Below, one piece after another: positions 25,408 through 33,763 of a stretch of 39,284 nt of DNA; position 1 is the first letter of the stretch, and the number at the start of each line of letters is the position of its first letter. A program made the position numbers and the translations under genes. Source of the DNA: a virus. Location of the stretch: IMG/VR virus record IMGVR_UViG_3300045988_101290, positions 1 to 39,284 of that record; one strand, written 5' to 3'. The notes beneath the pieces are model-generated. The model had not been told where the DNA came from. It was given only the letters and a program-made list of their open reading frames with translations, and ran no database searches.

Positions 25408-25810
25408 AATATGCAATATAGAACGGGCAGTAACTGAGAAAACATATAAGGCAGGGAGCTGCTACATAAAACTGAGCGCAGTAGATGATTATGTCGGGCA
25501 ACTGCAGAAACCTGGGGCAATAGATCCGAGATATGCAGTATTAGAACCAAAAGAAGAAATCAACGCAGATTACATGTATATAGCTATTTGCAGGAGTTTT
25601 CCGGAATTCTTAAGAAAATACAGAACAACTATAAATCTACAATTCAACACATTGAAGCGCTTCGAAATACGTTGGCACGACGATAGGGAAATACAAAAAT
25701 ATATTGTAAATGCACTCAAGACAGTAGAGAAAGAAATAAATCTGGTTGAAGACCAGATAGAACATGAGAAAGAAGTAAAAAGATGGTATCTGGAAAAAAT
25801 GATGATGTAG
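25373..25810 (+). CDS. hsdS: half-size specificity subunit (single target-recognition domain, HsdS-like)
   Basis: 145 aa with one TRD-like region plus a C-terminal helical conserved region (EIQKYIVNALKTVEKEINLVEDQIEHEKEVKRWYLEKMM). Overlaps the hsdM end by 35 nt. Confidence 0.55.
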   Translation: MNLQCRQIHITEICNIERAVTEKTYKAGSCYIKLSAVDDYVGQLQKPGAIDPRYAVLEPKEEINADYMYIAICRSFPEFLRKYRTTINLQFNTLKRFEIRWHDDREIQKYIVNALKTVEKEINLVEDQIEHEKEVKRWYLEKMMM

Positions 25811-25823
25811 GAGGTGCTGAGAG

Positions 25824-25946
25824 ATGAAATGGTGCAATGTAATGAATATGTGGTGCTCTGACATGGATAAAGATGATTGCGACAACGTAATGTGCGATGG
25901 AGACTGTGATGATTGTGAAGAATGCGAGGAAATCAATCGATGCTGA
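25824..25946 (+). CDS. 40-aa acidic Cys-rich peptide
   Basis: MKWCNVMNMWCSDMDKDDCDNVMCDGDCDDCEECEEINRC (8 Cys). GGAGGTG RBS. Its stop overlaps the next start (ATGCTGA). Confidence 0.4.
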   Translation: MKWCNVMNMWCSDMDKDDCDNVMCDGDCDDCEECEEINRC

Positions 25947-26296
25947 CACTAACAATAAAAAGAAAGTGGTTCAACATGATTCTTTCTGGAGAAAAGAAAG
26001 AAGAATATAGAGATATTAAAGATTATTACAAAAGCAGATTTTCTAAAGTGCTTGGAATGGATCCGAACTGGCTCACTGATTTTGCACTTCAAAAGAGTTC
26101 ACAATTTGAAGTAAAGTTTAATAATGGATATTCCAAAGACTGCCCATCTTTCATAGCTGACTGCTCATTGTCGGTGGGTGAAGGAAAAGAAGAGTGGGGA
26201 GCGGAAAAAGGAAAATGTTATTACATACTCCACATAAAGAAGATTCGATGGAAAAGTACGGATAATTCAGGAGGATATTTAGATGAGATTGATTGA
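25940..26296 (+). CDS. ASCH-domain protein
   Basis: MLTLTIKRKWFNMILSGEKKEEYR matches the typical ASCH N-terminus. Confidence 0.55.
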   Translation: MLTLTIKRKWFNMILSGEKKEEYRDIKDYYKSRFSKVLGMDPNWLTDFALQKSSQFEVKFNNGYSKDCPSFIADCSLSVGEGKEEWGAEKGKCYYILHIKKIRWKSTDNSGGYLDEID

Positions 26297-26627
26297 TGCG
26301 GATGCAGAAATCAAGAAGATTGAAGAAGAAATAAAACGATCATACAAAGCCATTGACCGATGGAGATCAAGAAGAATGCCTGGCAGCAGTCTATATGACA
26401 TAGACGAAAAGGTACGAAGAATTAAGAGAAACATAGAAGATTGCAGAATAGAAATCAAAATGCTGAAAAGCTACACTACAGCATACAATCCGGAAAAGGT
26501 GGCAGAAGAAATGAGAGATCATGCCGTTGAATTCGAACTGTTTGGAACGTGTTCGGATTATGTAGAAATAAATCATGCAATCGAAGCTATAAAGCGAGGT
26601 GGAATTGTTGAACAGCCAAGAATATGA
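26283..26627 (+). CDS. hypothetical protein
   Basis: 114 aa with AGGAGGA RBS. Confidence 0.5.
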   Translation: MRLIDADAEIKKIEEEIKRSYKAIDRWRSRRMPGSSLYDIDEKVRRIKRNIEDCRIEIKMLKSYTTAYNPEKVAEEMRDHAVEFELFGTCSDYVEINHAIEAIKRGGIVEQPRI

Positions 26628-26769
26628 CCAGATAGAAGAAGCAGCCAACAGACTGCAGCATGAAGCGAGCGTCAAATGCAGCAGAGAGCTTGAAAAAGCT
26701 CAGAAGTATAAAGAAGGTTACACACAGGGAGTAGAAGATCTGCTGAGATGCATAAGAAGAGGTGAATAA
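26608..26769 (+). CDS. hypothetical small protein (53 aa, TTG start)
   Basis: TTG 5 nt after GAGGTGG. Too short to appear in the ORF track. Confidence 0.25.
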   Translation: MNSQEYDQIEEAANRLQHEASVKCSRELEKAQKYKEGYTQGVEDLLRCIRRGE

Positions 26770-26770
26770 C

Positions 26771-26902
26771 ATGGAGATAAAAGAAAAATTAAAACACTGG
26801 ATCATAATGGTACTGACAAACCGGTGCCTGGGATGTTGCTTATTCTGTGAGTGGTGGAATATGTGTAAATGGGAAACAGAGGACAGGAGGAAGAAATCAT
26901 GA
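26771..26902 (+). CDS. hypothetical small Cys/Trp-rich protein (43 aa)
   Basis: The ATG lies 1 nt after the previous stop. Contains CLGCCLFCEWWNMC. Confidence 0.3.
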   Translation: MEIKEKLKHWIIMVLTNRCLGCCLFCEWWNMCKWETEDRRKKS

Positions 26903-26961
26903 TACAGAAACACCCAAAAGATTGGCATGAAGTACTTACAAAAGAAACGGAGAGATAAAGA

Positions 26962-27657
26962 ATGAGTTTACAAGAATGGGCAAAAAATGAAGTTGAAATC
27001 GCATGCAAAAGAGAAAATCCGGATAGAAAAGAAGGCGAATTTGATTATGGATGCGCTTGCTACGAAAGTGCATTAAAGGCATTTGAGAGCTTATGCGAAG
27101 ATGGTCACAGTGGTATGAGTATCGGATTCACAAAACAGATTTTGAATAGACTGATCGATGGAAAGCCACTGACTCCGATAGAAGATACAGAGGAAATGTG
27201 GAAAAGACCATGGACAGATAAGAAAGGAAAACAATATCAGTGTTCGAGAATGAGTAGCTTGTTTAAAACAGTAACTCCGAATGGAGAAATAAAGTATTCA
27301 GACATTAATAGGTGTTACTGTGTTAATCGCAATCATCCTAATTATGGATACCACAATGGGTTTATCAGAAGTATATATGATGCGATGTATCCGATCGCGA
27401 TGCCATACGCACCGGCGGATAAACCGGACAAAATAGTTTGTGATGAGTTACTCACAGATCCTAAAAATGGAGATTATGATACAAAAGCAATAATTTACAT
27501 AGAAAAACCGGATGGGAAGAAAGTGAAAATAAACAGATATTTTAAAGAATCCGAAGAATCATTTAAGGAAATATCATGGTTAGAATATCAAATCCGCAGA
27601 TACAAAGACTGGAGAAGGAGGAAGTGGTTAGGAAATGACGAGGAAAGACATTCTTAA
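26962..27657 (+). CDS. hypothetical protein
   Basis: 231 aa with GGAGAG RBS. Confidence 0.6.
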   Translation: MSLQEWAKNEVEIACKRENPDRKEGEFDYGCACYESALKAFESLCEDGHSGMSIGFTKQILNRLIDGKPLTPIEDTEEMWKRPWTDKKGKQYQCSRMSSLFKTVTPNGEIKYSDINRCYCVNRNHPNYGYHNGFIRSIYDAMYPIAMPYAPADKPDKIVCDELLTDPKNGDYDTKAIIYIEKPDGKKVKINRYFKESEESFKEISWLEYQIRRYKDWRRRKWLGNDEERHS

Positions 27658-27838
27658 AAAATACGGATTCAGCTGGATGAGCAACGTCAACCTGAAGGAA
27701 GAGCTTTCGGAACAGGCGGCAGCAGAATTCGAAGATCTGATAAGAACCCTGGCCGAACATAACCGTGGACCGGAACCACCAGAAACAGGCTGGAAGAAAC
27801 AGATGTACAGCCAATTCATGAAAGGAGCAGGCAGATGA
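27635..27838 (+). CDS. hypothetical protein
   Basis: 67 aa. Confidence 0.5.
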   Translation: MTRKDILKKYGFSWMSNVNLKEELSEQAAAEFEDLIRTLAEHNRGPEPPETGWKKQMYSQFMKGAGR

Positions 27839-28002
27839 CGCGAAACATGATCATCGTGATATGGACAACAGTATTCCTGCATCCTGTGATTTTTCCGTGT
27901 GTTTTACACACAGCAAAGGAGATAGAAAAATGGTGGGACAAGAAGAGAGTGCTGTGGCACGTAGAGCAGCTCCGGAAGATAGAAGAAAAATATAAAGAAT
28001 AG
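27835..28002 (+). CDS. small membrane protein (55 aa)
   Basis: ATGA start/stop overlap with the previous gene, and a hydrophobic N-terminus. Confidence 0.35.
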   Translation: MTRNMIIVIWTTVFLHPVIFPCVLHTAKEIEKWWDKKRVLWHVEQLRKIEEKYKE

Positions 28003-28143
28003 CACCAACCGGGTATTGTATCACACGCAACCGGACGATATAGAATTCCAGCCGGCAGCAGAATGCACCGTGCATAAAGAAGGAGGAAAAAGGAAACAGA
28101 CATTATGGTAGAAAAGGTGAATAAATAACCGAAGAAATAAACA

Positions 28144-28159
28144 TGTGCGACATCGCACA
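28144..28159. repeat. parS-like palindrome S4 TGTGCGACATCGCACA
   Basis: Lies in the 298-bp non-coding region, 141 bp upstream of the tyrosine recombinase gene. Confidence 0.7.
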
Positions 28160-28300
28160 GACGAATAAAGAAAAAGGGTGAGTGAAAGTAACATAAAAAC
28201 AAGCAGTAGATCCGTCCTGCCAGACACATATCTACTGCTCATCACTTATACCTAAGGACATTATAACATAGATGCCTCTTAGGTTTCAAGGAGGGTTACT

Positions 28301-29338
28301 ATGTATAATACCAATATTAAAGCGGAAGTTATTAATAATGTCATTTTCCGGATGTCTCAGTATGTAGACAGAACAACTCTGGACATCCTGCAGAAGATAC
28401 TGGAAGAACAACTGGTTGCGGTAAACATGGAAGAGATTACCACACTCCCAGCAGAGTTAAAAGTATCTTACGAAGAGCAGAACCGGTACTACATCGGTCT
28501 TATGATGATCAAAAAGAAAAATCTCCGGCAGGTCACAAAGAACCAGTACAGAGATGCTGCTACGAGATTAGCAACAGCGCTGAATAAACCATTGAATAAA
28601 ATTGATGAGATTGACATCGATTATTATTTGCACTGGTATTCGGAACGATCTGGAAAGAAAGGCAATAAGAATACAGCAGCAACCGTAAATAATGAGAGAC
28701 GGTACCTGTCTGCCTTCTTCACATGGATGCGGAAAGAACACTTTATAACTTTCAACCCAGTGGAGAATACGGAAGCACTGAAAGAAGTGAGAAAGCCGAT
28801 TGACTACTTCCGGCCAGCAGAGATGGAAGAGTTAAGGGAAGGCTGTGAATCCAAACGCGACCGTGCCATTATTGAAGTGTTCCGCAGTACCGGAGCAAGA
28901 ATCGGAGAGATTGCGCCACTGAACCGGGAAGACATTGACTGGAGTACAGGAGATATCATGATCCTGAGTGAAAAGAGCGAACGCTATAGAGTAATCTATC
29001 TGGATGAGGTGGCAAGGTTCCATCTAAAGAGATACCTCGACACCCGTACAGATGATAATCCGGCACTGTTCGTTGCTCAGAGGAAACCTTTTGCGAGACT
29101 TTCCGTCAATGGATTAAGGGACGTTATCAAGCGGATCGGAAAGAGAGAAGGTATGTCATGCAGGGTATATCCGCACAAGATGCGTAAAACGCTCGGCATG
29201 AATCTCAAGAACCGTGGAGCAGATATTGGTATTATACAAGAAATCATGGGACATGCAAGTCCGGAAGTAACAGCAAGATACTATGCAGAATCCACACCAG
29301 AAACCTTACGAAGCGTCAGAATCAGGACGTCGGCGTAA
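28301..29338 (+). CDS. tyrosine recombinase (second recombinase; candidate invertase/resolvase)
   Basis: Catalytic signature is present: STGARIGE (Arg), YPHKMRKT (His-x-x-Arg) and MGHASPEVTARYY (His...Tyr). AAGGAGGG RBS. Confidence 0.85.
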   Translation: MYNTNIKAEVINNVIFRMSQYVDRTTLDILQKILEEQLVAVNMEEITTLPAELKVSYEEQNRYYIGLMMIKKKNLRQVTKNQYRDAATRLATALNKPLNKIDEIDIDYYLHWYSERSGKKGNKNTAATVNNERRYLSAFFTWMRKEHFITFNPVENTEALKEVRKPIDYFRPAEMEELREGCESKRDRAIIEVFRSTGARIGEIAPLNREDIDWSTGDIMILSEKSERYRVIYLDEVARFHLKRYLDTRTDDNPALFVAQRKPFARLSVNGLRDVIKRIGKREGMSCRVYPHKMRKTLGMNLKNRGADIGIIQEIMGHASPEVTARYYAESTPETLRSVRIRTSA

Positions 29339-29348
29339 AGGAGATAAT

Positions 29349-29537
29349 ATGAATCACGAAGGGTATAAGGACACAACAGCAGAAAAGGCAATAGCAAGGT
29401 ATAACAGGATGCCGTATCATATGCGGAGAGCGTTAAAAGATCTGCAGGATATAGCCAGTCTGTTCGGATTCGAAATCCTGATCGTTCGCGACAGACGAAC
29501 AGGAAGGAGATATATAGTTGAAGATCAGACCGATTAA
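29349..29537 (+). CDS. hypothetical small protein
   Basis: 62 aa with AAGGAG RBS. Confidence 0.5.
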   Translation: MNHEGYKDTTAEKAIARYNRMPYHMRRALKDLQDIASLFGFEILIVRDRRTGRRYIVEDQTD

Positions 29538-29949
29538 CGAAGATAAATATGGCATTAACAAATATCAGTTTCTTGAAGTAAAATATCACTGTTTACAATA
29601 TCCAGAATGGAGAAGGGAACTCGCAGAACTTACAAATACTATAAAAGCCATGCAATATGGCCAGGAAGGAAAAGGCAGTCCGAGCCAGGCGTCCGCTACA
29701 GAGCGCCTGGCTATCAGGCGTGTAGAACTGGAAGAAAAGTGCAAGCGAATCGAACAGACAGCAATTGAAGCAGATCCGGAGATCTATCAGTGGTTGCTGG
29801 AAGGGGTAACTACAGAATATGCTACATACAGATACTTGAGGGATGCAAAAGGGATGCCGTGCGGAAAGAAAATGTACTACGACAGAAGACGGAAGTTCTA
29901 TTACCTCCTGTCAACAAAATTTAAAAAGAGGGGGACTCAGGATACATAA
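29518..29949 (+). CDS. ArpU/RinA-like late transcription regulator candidate
   Basis: 143 aa. TTG start 8 nt after GGAAGGAG. Assigned from its position just upstream of terS and its size. Confidence 0.45.
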   Translation: MKIRPINEDKYGINKYQFLEVKYHCLQYPEWRRELAELTNTIKAMQYGQEGKGSPSQASATERLAIRRVELEEKCKRIEQTAIEADPEIYQWLLEGVTTEYATYRYLRDAKGMPCGKKMYYDRRRKFYYLLSTKFKKRGTQDT

Positions 29950-30001
29950 AAGTGTGTTATTATGATATTGTCCGAAAATTGAAAAGGACATACTCACCCT
30001 G

Positions 30002-30034
30002 AAGGTGGCAGCAGATGATGTTGCCACCTTTTTA
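30002..30034 (+). terminator. rho-independent terminator
   Basis: AAGGTGGCA...TGCCACCTT (9-bp stem) followed by TTTTT. Confidence 0.75.
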
Positions 30035-30108
30035 CGTGAAAATAAAAGATAAAACGAGATTGTTGAAAGATAAAAATCAAAAACGAAATGAATGAGGGGT
30101 GGTGAGGC

Positions 30109-30879
30109 GTGGCAAGAGCACCCGATCAGAGGGCTATTGAAGCGAAAGAATTATATGACAAAGGGCTGAAATTAATTGAGATTGCTAAGGAACTGGATGT
30201 TCCGGTTGGGACAGTCCGGAGCTGGAAGAACAGACAGTGCTGGGATAATGCAACGTTGCAAAAGAAAAAACGCAACGTTGCGAAAAAAAGAGGCGGTCAG
30301 CCGGGAAACAAAAATGCCAAAGGGCATGGCGGGACAGGGCCGCCGGGAAACAAGAATGCAGTTAAGACAGGAGAGTTCGAAACTCTCTTTTTTGATACCC
30401 TGAATCCGGAAGAACTGCAGCTGGCCGAGACGATTGGACTCGACAAAGAGCAGCTGCTCCTACAGGAAATACAGCTACTTACGGTTCGTGAATACCGCAT
30501 GTTGCACCGAATAGAAGCATTGAAAAATGCTGAAACACAGCAAAACGAGGATGAGAAGTCGCCGCCGGGAATGACGGTAGTAAAATACACCGATGGACTG
30601 GAAAAAGGAGACTGTACAGAACTAAAAGAATATGCCGGAATACTTGGCCAGATCCAGCAGATAGAAGATGCACTCACAAGAGTGCAGGCCAAGAAACAGA
30701 AGGCAATCGAAGCCATACATAAGTTCGGCTACGATGATGCAAAGTTAGAACTTGCTACGATGCAGTTAGAACTCCAGATCATGAAACAGGATGGAGGATC
30801 GCATGAAACAGCAGACGACGGATTCATGGATGCCATGAACGCTACAGCTTCAGAAGTTTGGGGTGATCAGGATGTATGA
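30109..30879 (+). CDS. terS: terminase small subunit
   Basis: N-terminal HTH (IEIAKELDVPVGTVRSWK), duplicated GNKNA motifs, and a position upstream of terL. GTG start. Confidence 0.75.
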   Translation: MARAPDQRAIEAKELYDKGLKLIEIAKELDVPVGTVRSWKNRQCWDNATLQKKKRNVAKKRGGQPGNKNAKGHGGTGPPGNKNAVKTGEFETLFFDTLNPEELQLAETIGLDKEQLLLQEIQLLTVREYRMLHRIEALKNAETQQNEDEKSPPGMTVVKYTDGLEKGDCTELKEYAGILGQIQQIEDALTRVQAKKQKAIEAIHKFGYDDAKLELATMQLELQIMKQDGGSHETADDGFMDAMNATASEVWGDQDV

Positions 30880-32281
30880 AAAGATCACAAATCTGAAGAA
30901 AAAGCTCCAGGCTATGAAGAAAAGCCGTCTACAGACAGTATATAATCAGATATTCAAGTTCAAACCGTTCTCAAAAAAGCAGAAACAGGTACTGACATGG
31001 TGGTGTGCGACGTCGCCTGTAAAAGATTACGATGGGATTATAGCAGATGGAGCTATCCGATCGGGAAAGACAGTGTGCATGTCGCTATCCTACGTGATGT
31101 GGGCGATGGAAACGTTCAATGGACAGAATTTCGCCATGTGTGGGAAAACCATCGGATCATTTCGAAGGAACGTACTGTTTTGGCTAAAACTCATGCTAAA
31201 GGCAAGAGGCTACGGTGTGGTAGACCACAGAGCCGACAACTTGATAGTGATCACAAGAGGAAAAACGACTAATAACTTCTACATATTCGGTGGAAGGGAC
31301 GAAAGCTCCCAGGACCTGATACAGGGAATCACACTGGCAGGAGTCTTCTTTGATGAAGTGGCGCTTATGCCGGAAAGTTTCGTGAATCAGGCTACCGGCC
31401 GATGTTCGGTAGATGGATCGAAGTTCTGGTTTAACTGCAACCCTTCCGGACCTTACCATTGGTTTAAAGTCAATTGGATAGACCGAGCTGTTGGATACAT
31501 TGGAAAAGAAAGGGCAGCAGAGTTAAGGGCGAAAGATGAATCGGTCAAGAATATCCTATACGTACATTTTGTTATGGATGATAACCTGAGCCTCAGCGAT
31601 GAGATCAAAGAAAGATACCGGAATACATACAGAGGGGTATTCTACAAACGTTACATTCTAGGCTTGTGGGCGATGGCGGAAGGTATTATCTATGACATGT
31701 TCGATGAAGAACGGCATGTAAAAAAGATAACAGAGTTTTTCCAGCTGCTGATAAACGGAAATAGATATGTAAGTTGTGACTACGGTACACAGAACGCTAC
31801 GGTCTTCCTGTTATGGAACAAGGGCGTAGACGGAACATGGTACTGTACCAGAGAATACTATTACTCCGGAAGAGAAAGGAAACAGCAGAAAACAGATTCA
31901 GAGTATGCTGCAGATCTGAAGAAGTGGTTGGAAGGAACGAAGATAAAAGCGATCATCGTGGATCCGGCAGCAGCTTCATTCATAACGGAATTACAGAAGA
32001 GAGGATACAACGTCATTAAAGCCAAGAATGACGTAGAAGACGGTATCCGTGTAGTAGGCACATGCCTGAACAGAGAAAAAATCAAATTCAGCGACGAATG
32101 CGTAAATACAAGAAAAGAGTTTGCTACTTACGTATGGGATGAAAAGGCAGCAGAAAGAGGAGAAGACAAACCGGTAAAACAGTTTGACCATGCAATGGAT
32201 GCAGTAAGATATTTCTGCTACACCATCTTAAATGCACAGAGAGCAAGAATTAAGAATAAAGCGAAAATGGGATTCCACTAA
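30872..32281 (+). CDS. terL: terminase large subunit (PBSX-type)
   Basis: Walker A motif GAIRSGKT, Walker B-like region GVFFDEV, and a C-terminal nuclease region. Confidence 0.92.
   Translation: MYEKITNLKKKLQAMKKSRLQTVYNQIFKFKPFSKKQKQVLTWWCATSPVKDYDGIIADGAIRSGKTVCMSLSYVMWAMETFNGQNFAMCGKTIGSFRRNVLFWLKLMLKARGYGVVDHRADNLIVITRGKTTNNFYIFGGRDESSQDLIQGITLAGVFFDEVALMPESFVNQATGRCSVDGSKFWFNCNPSGPYHWFKVNWIDRAVGYIGKERAAELRAKDESVKNILYVHFVMDDNLSLSDEIKERYRNTYRGVFYKRYILGLWAMAEGIIYDMFDEERHVKKITEFFQLLINGNRYVSCDYGTQNATVFLLWNKGVDGTWYCTREYYYSGRERKQQKTDSEYAADLKKWLEGTKIKAIIVDPAAASFITELQKRGYNVIKAKNDVEDGIRVVGTCLNREKIKFSDECVNTRKEFATYVWDEKAAERGEDKPVKQFDHAMDAVRYFCYTILNAQRARIKNKAKMGFH
31004..31016. repeat. partial parS-like site S5 TGTGCGACGTCGC
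   Basis: 13 of 16 positions identical to S1. Lies inside the terL CDS. Confidence 0.4.
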
Positions 32282-32296
32282 GGAGGTGAGAAAGAT

Positions 32297-33763
32297 ATGT
32301 ATAATTTTGTTATGCCTGCAGAGGAATGGGATGAAATGAATCCGAATAAGCAGGCAATCCGGCATTTGATTCTCAAACATCGATCAGGATATGAAAGACT
32401 GAATAAGTTAAAAAGATATTATGAAGGCAAACATGACATTCTCGAAGAAACGGACAGAGAGAATAAATTGGTATGCAATCACGCCAAAGATATTTCGGAT
32501 ACCGCATCTTCTTACTTTATCGGGAATCCGGTCAGTTATAAAAGCAATAATGACATTACTGAGCTGACGGACGAACTGGAGAATGCAGGGGCGGATGAGG
32601 TAGATGGAGATAATGGGCTTGACCTGTCGATCTATGGCAGAGCGTACGAATACATCTACACCAAAAAAGATGAAACGTCGTTAGTTGTCAAGAACCTTCC
32701 TCCGGAAAACACGTTCATGGTTATTGACAACACCATTGAGGAAAACGAATTATTCGCTGTATATTATTACGAGCAGAAAGATGACACAGACCGGGATGTA
32801 ACGAAATACATAGCCACCATATTGACACAGAATTACAAATACGTGCTGAATATCATCAATAATGACGATCCACAGAACTTGTACGAGACACCAGAACCAC
32901 ACAATAAAGGCGAGGTACCTGTGATTGAATACCTGAATAATAAGCTCGCCATTGGAGATTTTGAACTACAGATACCGCTGATTGATGCCTACAATGTGCT
33001 GATGAGTGACCGTGTAACGGATAAAGAACAGTTCATCGATGCGATACTGGCCATCTACGGAGCAATGCTGGCAGATGATGACGATGATGACGATGATACG
33101 GATGAAGAATCTGAAGATAATGGAAGAAAAGCCATGAAAAGACTGGCAAAAGATAAGTATGTAGAATTACCGAAAGATGCAAAAGCAGAATATCTGGTCC
33201 GAACATATGATGAAAACGGTGTGGAGATACTAAAAAAAGCAATTGAACAGGATATCCATAAATTCAGCCACATTCCATGCATGTCAGATGAAAGCTTCGG
33301 CGGGAATGTCTCTGGTGTGGCCATGGAGTTCAAGCTCCTGGGAATGGAGAATATTACCAAGATCAAGACGAGGTACTACAAAAAGGGACTCAGAAAGAGA
33401 ATGCGGATATTCACCAGCTATATGTTCACGAGGTCCACAATTCAAATTGATCCGCGAGGCATCACACCGGTATTTACCAGATCGATGCCAAAAAACCTCT
33501 TGGAGATCAGTCAGTATGTGGCTAACTTATGGGGCAAGGTCAGCAAAAAAACCTTATTGGCACAGATTCCTTTTGTCGATGATGTAGACGAAGAACTTAA
33601 AGCCGTGGAAAAAGAAACAGCGGAGAATATCAAGCAGCAACAGCAACTGTTTGGGAATCATCCGAACAATCCGCCGGAAGATTCACCGGATGAACCAGAA
33701 GATCCGGATCAGAAAAAGGATAAGACCAAGGATAAAAGCGACGAGGATTTAATGGATGAGTAA
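32297..33763 (+). CDS. portal protein (SPP1 gp6-like)
   Basis: 488 aa following terL, with an acidic poly-Asp insert. Confidence 0.9.
   Translation: MYNFVMPAEEWDEMNPNKQAIRHLILKHRSGYERLNKLKRYYEGKHDILEETDRENKLVCNHAKDISDTASSYFIGNPVSYKSNNDITELTDELENAGADEVDGDNGLDLSIYGRAYEYIYTKKDETSLVVKNLPPENTFMVIDNTIEENELFAVYYYEQKDDTDRDVTKYIATILTQNYKYVLNIINNDDPQNLYETPEPHNKGEVPVIEYLNNKLAIGDFELQIPLIDAYNVLMSDRVTDKEQFIDAILAIYGAMLADDDDDDDDTDEESEDNGRKAMKRLAKDKYVELPKDAKAEYLVRTYDENGVEILKKAIEQDIHKFSHIPCMSDESFGGNVSGVAMEFKLLGMENITKIKTRYYKKGLRKRMRIFTSYMFTRSTIQIDPRGITPVFTRSMPKNLLEISQYVANLWGKVSKKTLLAQIPFVDDVDEELKAVEKETAENIKQQQQLFGNHPNNPPEDSPDEPEDPDQKKDKTKDKSDEDLMDE

Noticed and set aside
33072-33110. The GAT/GAC repeat tract as a microsatellite or CRISPR-like repeat.
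   Set aside because: It is an in-frame poly-Asp/Glu insert in the portal gene (ADDDDDDDDTDEESED) with no spacer structure.
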